From positions 297,600,001 to 297,664,000 of the forward strand of contig OZ024741.1 of NCBI GenBank assembly GCA_964016885.1: DNA of 64,000 bases, given 5' to 3'. The notes beneath the pieces are model-generated. The model saw only the letters and a list, made by a program, of their open reading frames with translations, was not told the origin of the DNA and searched no databases. A program made the position numbers and the translations under genes. The DNA is from Eledone cirrhosa (lineage: Eukaryota). This document shows positions 13,808 to 27,503 of the stretch, piece after piece; positions within the stretch are counted from its first letter, which is position 1, and each line of letters starts with the position of its first letter.

Positions 13808-14730
13808 AATTAAGTTAGAAGTGTACATCCACATATGTATACTGAAATACTAGTATGCATATAAATACACACACGTATACATATGTAGATGTACCGAGTT
13901 TTTCACTGGACACTTTACTGTGAGTGTCCAGCTAGTCTGTGTGTTTACATACAGACTAGCTGAATACTCGTAAAAGCACATATCGTTATATGCTTTTTCT
14001 ATGAAAATTAGTAGTGGGCAGACTAATTTGCATAGAGCGTGAGTACGTACCGGTTCAGCGGAAGCGATAAAAACAAATAACGAAACGAAATTAAATTTCG
14101 CTTCGTTTGTAACTCACTTTTGTATGACTGACGCTTAAACAGTTAAATGCATACTAGTATTTCAGTATACATATGTGGATGTACACTTCTAACTTAATTG
14201 TTTAAGCGTCAGTCATACAAAAGTGAGTTACAAACGAAGCGAAATTTAATTTCGTTTCGTTATTTGTTTTTATCGCTTCCGCTGAACCGGTACGTACTCA
14301 CGCTCTATGCAAATTAGTCTGCCCACTACTAATTTTCATAGAAAAAGCATATAACGATATGTGCTTTTACGATTCTCTAGAGGGGCCGGAGGATGGGTAA
14401 ATATTGCTGATGAGATGTAACAACATCGAAACTAGTCCAATATTCCTGTCTGGCCCTCTGGAGAATAGAGGAAAGGTTTTTCCTCGAAAACCAGTATGAC
14501 TCTAAAAACCGGCTTGTCTGTGTGTTTACATACAGACTAGCTGAACACTCACAGTAAAGTGTCCAGTGAAAAACTCGGTACATCTACATATGTATACGTG
14601 TGTGTATTTATATGCATACTAGTATTTCAGTATACATATGTGGATGTACACTTCTAACTTAATTGTTTAAGCGTCAGTCATACAAAAGTGAGTTACAAAC
14701 GAAGCGAAATTCAATTTCGTTTCGTTATTT

Positions 14731-14731
<1 letters not shown>
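13808..14731 (+). mobile_element. 465-bp-period terminally redundant HHR element (14148-14731) preceded by an inverted partial copy (13808-14145)
   Basis: TGCATACTAGTATTTCAG at 14148 recurs at 14613. The left part is the reverse complement without the HHR domain. Embedded in (TA)n. Confidence 0.8.
14400..14444 (+). ncRNA. Canonical minimal type I hammerhead ribozyme
   Basis: AATATTG-CTGATGA-GATGT-aaca-ACATC-GAAA-CTAG-TC-CAATATT. GUC cleavage after 14437. Stem I extended by pairing of 14372-14390 with 14449-14466. Confidence 0.9.
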
Positions 14732-17235
<2,504 letters not shown>

Positions 17236-20200
17236 GAATATAGACATAGAATATTCGAAAATATTCTGTATGTTTATAATAAACATTTTGAAGACCTAAT
17301 CGCTATAGAATAGAATACGTCACGTATTACAATTAGATTCTCGATAAAAGCAAGGGAAGTAATCTACGCGTTTCATTCTCGTTAGAAATCATCAGGACTA
17401 CATATCCAGTGCTTTTATCGAGAATGACACAGCTAGAGACTTATAGAATACTTAGCTGTGTACAGGAACTGGTTTGAAAGAGCGGTTGCCGGTCCGGCAG
17501 AAATTAGAAATTGGAATAAATGCTCTGAAATAGCGATATATATGTGAATATAGACATAGAATATTCGAAAATATTCTGTATGTTTATAATAAACATTTTG
17601 AAGACCTAATCGCTATAGAATAGAATACGTCACGTATTACAATTAGATTCTCGATAAAAGCAAGGGAAGTAATCTACGCGTTTCATTCTCGTTAGAAATC
17701 ATCAGGACTACATATCCAGTGCTTTTATCGAGAATGACACAGCTAGAGACTTATAGAATACTTAGCTGTGTACAGGAACTGGTTTGAAAGAGCGGTTGCC
17801 GGTCCGGCAGAAATTAGAAATTGGAATAAATGCTCTGAAATAGCGATATATATGTGAATATAGACATAGAATATTCGAAAATATTCTGTATGTTTATAAT
17901 AAACATTTTGAAGACCTAATCGCTATAGAATAGAATACGTCACGTATTACAATTAGATTCTCGATAAAAGCAAGGGAAGTAATCTACGCGTTTCATTCTC
18001 GTTAGAAATCATCAGGACTACATATCCAGTGCTTTTATCGAGAATGACACAGCTAGAGACTTATAGAATACTTAGCTGTGTACAGGAACTGGTTTGAAAG
18101 AGCGGTTGCCGGTCCGGCAGAAATTAGAAATTGGAATAAATGCTCTGAAATAGCGATATATATGTGAATATAGACATAGAATATTCGAAAATATTCTGTA
18201 TGTTTATAATAAACATTTTGAAGACCTAATCGCTATAGAATAGAATACGTCACGTATTACAATTAGATTCTCGATAAAAGCAAGGGAAGTAATCTACGCG
18301 TTTCATTCTCGTTAGAAATCATCAGGACTACATATCCAGTGCTTTTATCGAGAATGACACAGCTAGAGACTTATAGAATACTTAGCTGTGTACAGGAACT
18401 GGTTTGAAAGAGCGGTTGCCGGTCCGGCAGAAATTAGAAATTGGAATAAATGCTCTGAAATAGCGATATATATGTGAATATAGACATAGAATATTCGAAA
18501 ATATTCTGTATGTTTATAATAAACATTTTGAAGACCTAATCGCTATAGAATAGAATACGTCACGTATTACAATTAGATTCTCGATAAAAGCAAGGGAAGT
18601 AATCTACGCGTTTCATTCTCGTTAGAAATCATCAGGACTACATATCCAGTGCTTTTATCGAGAATGACACAGCTAGAGACTTATAGAATACTTAGCTGTG
18701 TACAGGAACTGGTTTGAAAGAGCGGTTGCCGGTCCGGCAGAAATTAGAAATTGGAATAAATGCTCTGAAATAGCGATATATATGTGAATATAGACATAGA
18801 ATATTCGAAAATATTCTGTATGTTTATAATAAACATTTTGAAGACCTAATCGCTATAGAATAGAATACGTCACGTATTACAATTAGATTCTCGATAAAAG
18901 CAAGGGAAGTAATCTACGCGTTTCATTCTCGTTAGAAATCATCAGGACTACATATCCAGTGCTTTTATCGAGAATGACACAGCTAGAGACTTATAGAATA
19001 CTTAGCTGTGTACAGGAACTGGTTTGAAAGAGCGGTTGCCGGTCCGGCAGAAATTAGAAATTGGAATAAATGCTCTGAAATAGCGATATATATGTGAATA
19101 TAGACATAGAATATTCGAAAATATTCTGTATGTTTATAATAAACATTTTGAAGACCTAATCGCTATAGAATAGAATACGTCACGTATTACAATTAGATTC
19201 TCGATAAAAGCAAGGGAAGTAATCTACGCGTTTCATTCTCGTTAGAAATCATCAGGACTACATATCCAGTGCTTTTATCGAGAATGACACAGCTAGAGAC
19301 TTATAGAATACTTAGCTGTGTACAGGAACTGGTTTGAAAGAGCGGTTGCCGGTCCGGCAGAAATTAGAAATTGGAATAAATGCTCTGAAATAGCGATATA
19401 TATGTGAATATAGACATAGAATATTCGAAAATATTCTGTATGTTTATAATAAACATTTTGAAGACCTAATCGCTATAGAATAGAATACGTCACGTATTAC
19501 AATTAGATTCTCGATAAAAGCAAGGGAAGTAATCTACGCGTTTCATTCTCGTTAGAAATCATCAGGACTACATATCCAGTGCTTTTATCGAGAATGACAC
19601 AGCTAGAGACTTATAGAATACTTAGCTGTGTACAGGAACTGGTTTGAAAGAGCGGTTGCCGGTCCGGCAGAAATTAGAAATTGGAATAAATGCTCTGAAA
19701 TAGCGATATATATGTGAATATAGACATAGAATATTCGAAAATATTCTGTATGTTTATAATAAACATTTTGAAGACCTAATCGCTATAGAATAGAATACGT
19801 CACGTATTACAATTAGATTCTCGATAAAAGCAAGGGAAGTAATCTACGCGTTTCATTCTCGTTAGAAATCATCAGGACTACATATCCAGTGCTTTTATCG
19901 AGAATGACACAGCTAGAGACTTATAGAATACTTAGCTGTGTACAGGAACTGGTTTGAAAGAGCGGTTGCCGGTCCGGCAGAAATTAGAAATTGGAATAAA
20001 TGCTCTGAAATAGCGATATATATGTGAATATAGACATAGAATATTCGAAAATATTCTGTATGTTTATAATAAACATTTTGAAGACCTAATCGCTATAGAA
20101 TAGAATACGTCACGTATTACAATTAGATTCTCGATAAAAGCAAGGGAAGTAATCTACGCGTTTCATTCTCGTTAGAAATCATCAGGACTACATATCCAGT

Positions 20201-21886
20201 GCTTTTATCGAGAATGACACAGCTAGAGACTTATAGAATACTTAGCTGTGTACAGGAACTGGTTTGAAAGAGCGGTTGCCGGTCCGGCAGAAATTAGAAA
20301 TTGGAATAAATGCTCTGAAATAGCGATATATATGTGAATATAGACATAGAATATTCGAAAATATTCTGTATGTTTATAATAAACATTTTGAAGACCTAAT
20401 CGCTATAGAATAGAATACGTCACGTATTACAATTAGATTCTCGATAAAAGCAAGGGAAGTAATCTACGCGTTTCATTCTCGTTAGAAATCATCAGGACTA
20501 CATATCCAGTGCTTTTATCGAGAATGACACAGCTAGAGACTTATAGAATACTTAGCTGTGTACAGGAACTGGTTTGAAAGAGCGGTTGCCGGTCCGGCAG
20601 AAATTAGAAATTGGAATAAATGCTCTGAAATAGCGATATATATGTGAATATAGACATAGAATATTCGAAAATATTCTGTATGTTTATAATAAACATTTTG
20701 AAGACCTAATCGCTATAGAATAGAATACGTCACGTATTACAATTAGATTCTCGATAAAAGCAAGGGAAGTAATCTACGCGTTTCATTCTCGTTAGAAATC
20801 ATCAGGACTACATATCTAGTGCTTTTATCGAGAATGACACAGCTAGAGACTTATAGAATACTTAGCTGTGTACAGGAACTGGTTTGAAAGAGCGGTTGCC
20901 GGTCCGGCAGAAATTAGAAATTGGAATAAATGCTCTGAAATAGCGATATATATGTGAATATAGACATAGAATATTCGAAAATATTCTGTATGTTTATAAT
21001 AAACATTTTGAAGACCTAATCGCTATAGAATAGAATACGTCACGTATTACAATTAGATTCTCGATAAAAGCAAGGGAAGTAATCTACGCGTTTCATTCTC
21101 GTTAGAAATCATCAGGACTACATATCCAGTGCTTTTATCGAGAATGACACAGCTAGAGACTTATAGAATACTTAGCTGTGTACAGGAACTGGTTTGAAAG
21201 AGCGGTTGCCGGTCCGGCAGAAATTAGAAATTGGAATAAATGCTCTGAAATAGCGATATATATGTGAATATAGACATAGAATATTCGAAAATATTCTGTA
21301 TGTTTATAATAAACATTTTGAAGACCTAATCGCTATAGAATAGAATACGTCACGTATTACAATTAGATTCTCGATAAAAGCAAGGGAAGTAATCTACGCG
21401 TTTCATTCTCGTTAGAAATCATCAGGACTACATATCCAGTGCTTTTATCGAGAATGACACAGCTAGAGACTTATAGAATACTTAGCTGTGTACAGGAACT
21501 GGTTTGAAAGAGCGGTTGCCGGTCCGGCAGAAATTAGAAATTGGAATAAATGCTCTGAAATAGCGATATATATGTGAATATAGACATAGAATATTCGAAA
21601 ATATTCTGTATGTTTATAATAAACATTTTGAAGACCTAATCGCTATAGAATAGAATACGTCACGTATTACAATTAGATTCTCGATAAAAGCAAGGGAAGT
21701 AATCTACGCGTTTCATTCTCGTTAGAAATCATCAGGACTACATATCCAGTGCTTTTATCGAGAATGACACAGCTAGAGACTTATAGAATACTTAGCTGTG
21801 TACAGGAACTGGTTTGAAAGAGCGGTTGCCGGTCCGGCAGAAATTAGAAATTGGAATAAATGCTCTGAAATAGCGATATATATGTG
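17236..21886 (-). repeat. Tandem array of exactly 15 x 310-bp hammerhead-containing units (non-LTR retrozyme-like)
   Basis: Period 310 (17236, 17546 ... 21886). Units are essentially identical (one C>T at 20817). One HHR per unit on the - strand. Confidence 0.92.
17359..17401 (-). ncRNA. Type I hammerhead of the 310-bp unit (repeats every 310 bp)
   Basis: GTAGTC-CTGATGA-T TTCT aacg AGAA T-GAAA-CGCG-TA-GATTAC, plus a distal 16-bp stem from 17337-17352 and 17410-17425. Confidence 0.88.
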
Positions 21887-22104
21887 ATATATATATCATA
21901 TTTATTATATATATATATATAATATATATGATATATATATTATATATATATATATATAATATATATATTATATATATACATATATAATATATATATAATA
22001 TATATATTATATATATATATATAATATATATGTATATATATATAATATATATATTATATATATATATAATATATATGTATATATATATAATATATATATA
22101 TATG

Positions 22105-22135
<31 letters not shown>

Positions 22136-22138
22136 ATA

Positions 22139-22186
<48 letters not shown>

Positions 22187-22221
22187 TATTATATATATAT
22201 AATATATATATACATGGTATA

Positions 22222-22816
22222 CTAGCAGTGGTACCCGGTGTTGCACGGGATAAGGTATTGTGAAATATATAACCGCCTTAGCTAAGCTTAGTATTGCCAC
22301 AACCACGGCTGGCAAAGAGGTTAGGGTCTGGTGGTACGTAAGTAAGCAACACTGTGGCTTAAAACATGAGGCAGAAGTTGTGTGCACTTACCAACTGTTT
22401 GGGGAATGAGTGTGACATTTGTCTTGAGCAAGGGTGGCAGAATAACTAGATGCAGCAGATAACCAGACATACAGACAGATATTATAAGGGCGCGTTCTGG
22501 ACACAGAGCGAATTGTAGGAAGTGACGTAATGCCGACATACAGACAGATATTATAAGGGCGCGACGTTATATGTATCTATCTATCTAAAAAGAGAAAGAC
22601 TAAGAATTATAGAGGGAGATCGCTAAATCGGCTAATGCGGGTCCCTAGGGCATCGAAAATTTGAATTATTCTTTGCTCAGAACACTCCCTGAAACATAAG
22701 TATTACATGTGTAAAGTTTGAAAACAGCCGGTTGGGTGCTTCTCTAGTTTAAGGGATTCAAACTCACACACACACACACACACAGAGACAGACATCCTCA
22801 GTTTTATATATATAGA
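22222..22816 (-). mobile_element. Non-autonomous Helitron
   Basis: On the - strand it starts TCTATATATATAAAA and ends CCCG-tgcaacac-CGGG hairpin + TACCACTGCTAG followed by T. Confidence 0.72.
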
Positions 22817-22862
22817 CTAGCAGAAAACCACCCGGGGGGGGGGGGGGAAGGTTTTCTGCTAG

Positions 22863-23135
22863 TCTATATATCTAAAACAGAGAATGTCTGTCTGTCTGTC
22901 AGCTCACTAAAACTTTAGAACCATCCAACCGATTGTTTTCAAACTTTAGACATGTAATACTTATGGTCCTGTGAGTGTTTTGAGCAAAAATTATTTCAAA
23001 TTTTCAATGCCCTAGGGACTGCATTAGGCGATTTAGCGTTCTCTCTACATAATTCTTAGTCTTTCTTTTTAGATAGATACATAGATATAACGTTGCGCCC
23101 TTATAATATCTGTCTGGCTGTCTGCATTACGTCAT
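22863..23135 (+). mobile_element. 5' part of a related non-autonomous Helitron, head-to-head with the previous copy
   Basis: Starts TCTATATATCTAAAACAGAGAATGTCTGTC. Diverged inverted match to about 22525-22816. Confidence 0.62.
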
Positions 23136-23439
23136 TATGACGCGCTCAGCGCGATTCCCTCGGTCTCAGTGACCAAAGTCTGTGGAAAGGGGAAGGTAAT
23201 GTTTCTGTAGCACGTGTTTTAGCGTCTATTCACTCTCGTAGTCTGTCTCTTTCTTTCACTCTCACTCTCTCTCTACGCACGCGTATCCACTGTCGGACAG
23301 ACAGACAGACAGAGAAATTGCTGGTTATATATATAAGTAGATATATATAATATACATATACATAATATCGACAGTCGATCAACTTTCGTCAAATCAGACC
23401 GAGGAAACAATGTTTCCGTTGGTCTTTCCAATTGCTAAT

Positions 23440-23765
23440 ACTATCTATCGGTCGAAGGAGCAACGTGAAATAAAGTGTCTTGCTCAAGGATAAAACGCAT
23501 CCTCCGTTCCGAACTCACAACATGATGATTGCGAATCCAATTCTCTAAACACTCAGCCACGCGTCTTCACTGTATATATATAATTGTTTCTAATTTGGCA
23601 CAAGGCCAGCAATTAACCAGTGCATTACTGGTACTTTATTTTATTCACCCTATAAGGATGAAAGGCAAAGTTAACCTTGGCGGGATTTGAACTCAGACCA
23701 TAAAGGGCCGTAACTCTTTGCTGCAAAGCATGGCGTCAGACCCTCTACACATACTGCCAATACAC
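23440..23765 (-). mobile_element. Two adjacent tRNA-SINE remnants
   Basis: CCTTGAGCAAGACACTTTATTTCAC-type SINE (to about 23570) and a Nin-type copy (23582-23765). Confidence 0.65.
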
Positions 23766-23768
23766 GTA

Positions 23769-23800
<32 letters not shown>

Positions 23801-23869
23801 TATACATATGTATATATATTTAATATATATATATATTAAATATACATATATTTTATATATATATATTAA

Positions 23870-23961
<92 letters not shown>

Positions 23962-23996
23962 TATACATATATTTAATATATATATATATATATAAA

Positions 23997-24202
23997 GAAG
24001 GAAATGTGGTAAGGAACCAGGTGGACCAGTACTCAATACTTAGGGTAGTAGAGTGGGTAATAGGAACGAGTAGGACCTCGACGGCTGAGCTGAAGCCGTT
24101 TCGACGGCTAATTCTGGACTAAAAAAAAAAAAAAATTTTTTTTTTTAGTCCAGAATTAGCCGTCGAAACGGCTTGAGCTCAGCCGTCGGGGTCCTACTCG
24201 TT

Positions 24203-24207
<5 letters not shown>
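23997..24207. mobile_element. Fold-back element with 3' half of a hammerhead (second copy 42408-42610, relics near 4998 and 5500)
   Basis: GAAA-CGGCT-tgagctc-AGCCG-TC. The palindrome centre lies where stem II would be, and CTGANGA is absent. Confidence 0.6.
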
Positions 24208-24255
<48 letters not shown>

Positions 24256-24335
24256 TATACATATATTTAATATATATATATATATATATAGATATATATA
24301 TATATTAAATATAGATATATATATATATATATTAA

Positions 24336-24382
<47 letters not shown>

Positions 24383-24401
24383 TACATATATATATATATA
24401 T

Positions 24402-24446
<45 letters not shown>

Positions 24447-24504
24447 TATATATATATATATATATATTAAATATACTTATATATATATATATATATTAAA
24501 TATA

Positions 24505-24549
<45 letters not shown>

Positions 24550-24587
24550 TATACATATATTTAATATATATATATATATATATATAT

Positions 24588-24622
<35 letters not shown>

Positions 24623-24797
24623 TATACATATATATAAATATATGTAGATAAATCTACCAAGAGTTTACTGTAGTGTCCAATACGTATGAAGAACTCTATT
24701 TTATATATATATATATATATATTAAATATACATATATATATATATAAAATATATATATATATATATATATATCAAATATATATATATATATATATAT

Positions 24798-24879
<82 letters not shown>

Positions 24880-24883
24880 TATA

Positions 24884-24926
<43 letters not shown>

Positions 24927-25261
24927 TATACTTATATATATATATATTAAATATACTTATATATATATATATTAAATATACTTATATATATATATATTAA
25001 ATATACTTATATATATATATATTAAATATACTTATATATATATATATTAAATATACTTATATATATATATATTAAATATACATATATATATATATTAAAT
25101 ATACATATATATATATATATATATTAAATATACATATATATATAAATATACATATATATATATAAAATATACATATATATATATATATATATTAAATAGT
25201 AACAAATTGGACGGGAACAAAACAGTGAGGCAGTACGAACAAAGGTTTATTAGTTTCACGT

Positions 25262-25306
<45 letters not shown>

Positions 25307-25401
25307 CAAATGTATATATATATATATTAAATATACATATATTTAATATATATTATTCAAAATGTTAATAAATGAAAAATATTCTCATAATCAAAATATA
25401 T

Positions 25402-25462
25402 ATTTTATTATACATATTTCAAAGGTACCATGGTGTTTAAGTACGTTTTCATCAGACAAAAT
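25402..25462 (-). ncRNA. Hammerhead motif, same family as 37979, 39791 and 44111
   Basis: ATTTTGT-CTGATGA-...-GAAA-TATGTA-TA-ATAAAAT. Confidence 0.7.
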
Positions 25463-25521
25463 TTAAGATTTGATATGTGACAACATACAGCTACGGTTTT
25501 GATTATTCAATTCCAGTATTG

Positions 25522-25572
<51 letters not shown>

Positions 25573-25578
<6 letters not shown>

Positions 25579-26706
25579 AGGAGTTGACGGACCCAGCATA
25601 TTTATCAATGCGAGAACCGGTTGTATCTCAGCGCACTCAATGGGCAATGAAAGATACATTCCCAGAGTATACACATAATTATTCGCTTGAATACAACACA
25701 CGTAAAACGCGTGCCTATAATAGTTCCCGGACTCGGTTTCGGCCACACTTAATGCAGCAGTAGGGTGCACTGCACCCTCTGTCTGCATATATTATGCAAC
25801 AATGCATAATCGGCTTATGCGGCTTTATCAGCGGGTATCGCCTAATCAATAACCAATCGATCGACAGAATCCAAACCCCAGCCCATGCCGGTCATGACTG
25901 TCTGTGACAACCGACACGGTAAAGCGATTAGCAACTGGAACCCGATACAACTCTGTCCCACGACTAACCACCGATTTACAAACTTTACGTGGTGGCGGGA
26001 GAATAGAAAACAAATCTTTTCGTTCCAGTCAAACGCTCTCAGCCAAGGTGTCTCACACACAAATTAATAAGAGGTGAAAAGATGGTTATTAGAAATAGCA
26101 GTCCCATATCGATGTATAATAGAATGGTAGCATTCGGCTCATGTCTCCAAGTTCCATGGCTAGAGGAAAGCGACAGTGACGATGGTCGTGCCAAGAATCT
26201 TTAACGGTCTTTAAATGCGATTATCTATTATCTATTATAGAGCGATATAGTAGCGAGCTGAAATGTGGCAGCCGCGTGCGTAAAAACCAGTCTATTTCAC
26301 AACTTAAAAGAGTGAGAGATAAAATTAATAGCAGGAAATTAGAGCGCATATCAAAACAAAAACACAATAAAAAAAGTGAAAAATTGTTTAACTTACTCTC
26401 ATTAGCCCGCTAGTTGGGGGATAATAATAATAAGAAGTTGACGGACCCAGCATATTTATCAATGCCAGGACCGGTTGTATCTCAGCGTACTGAATGGACA
26501 ATGAAAGATACATTCCCAGAGTATACACATAGTTATTCGCTTCAATACAACAGACGTAAAACGGGTGCCTATATTAGTTAATGCAGCAGTAGGGTGCACT
26601 GCACACTCTGTCTGCATATATTATGTAACAATTCATAATCGGCTTATGCGGCTTCATCAGCGGGTATCGCCTAATCAATAACCAATCGATCGACAGAATC
26701 CAAACC
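25573..26706 (-). mobile_element. About 854-bp-period partial tandem (direct repeats of about 300 bp) carrying a long-stem-II hammerhead
   Basis: 25573-25878 is repeated at about 26428-26706. Minus strand motif CCCG-CTGAT(A/G)A-aGCCGCAT...GTGTGGCc-GAAA-CCGAG-TC-CGGG at 25726-25835. Confidence 0.7.
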
Positions 26707-26860
26707 TCATATAAATATATATATATAAATAAATATATATATATATAATAAAGTATATATCCCTACACGCAAAAAGCGTCCAGGGACACATGTATTGTCC
26801 AACCATATGCCAATGTGGTTCAATGGCAGGTTAATAAATTAACGAGCCAGAACATATATA

Positions 26861-27251
26861 ATCAAGGTTTAGCAAATAAGAAAAAGTTTCAAATAAATTT
26901 CAAAACATTCACTGTACTCACTATTGTTACCTTTACCGAATCGGTTTCGAGTCTCAAAAATAAATGGACAGTCCTTGCGGCCTTCCATCGACACTGGACA
27001 GAATTGCTTCCAATCATTCATTCTCATCTCGGGAACAATTTTGAATAGCGCCAGTTCGTAATTTGAACTCGGGAATGTTATATTCTCCGAGTGAAAAGAA
27101 CCTTCTGACGAGAGTTTATCTTTTCAATGGAAGGCCGCAAGGACTGTCCATTTATTTTTGAGACTCGAAACCGATTCGGTAAAGGTAACCATAGTGAGTA
27201 CAGTGAATGTTTTGAAATTTATTTTGAAACTTTTTCTTATTTGCTAAACCT

Positions 27252-27255
<4 letters not shown>
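26861..27255. mobile_element. Fold-back element with complete hammerhead at 27100-27186 (+)
   Basis: ACCTT-CTGACGA-GAGTTT...AGACTC-GAAA-CCG att CGG-TA-AAGGT. Arms at 26861-26988 and 27127-27255. Confidence 0.8.
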
Positions 27256-27305
<50 letters not shown>

Positions 27306-27503
27306 TGCTTGACCCGAATTACTTGGTCGTTTTTTTGGCTGTGCGGATGATTAGTTTAACCACCATCTCAGTGTGTTTGGCCTTTCACGATGTTGTTGCT
27401 CTGATTCATATGAATCATCGAGCGCTTGCCACACAACTCGGAAGTGTTTTTCGTTAATTCCTGAGCTGAAATTCGATTCTCGCTAATTTATATATATATA
27501 TAT

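Noticed and set aside
17236-21886. CRISPR-like or centromeric satellite interpretation
   Set aside because: Units are identical with no unique spacers, the context is eukaryotic and intronic, and each unit contains an HHR.
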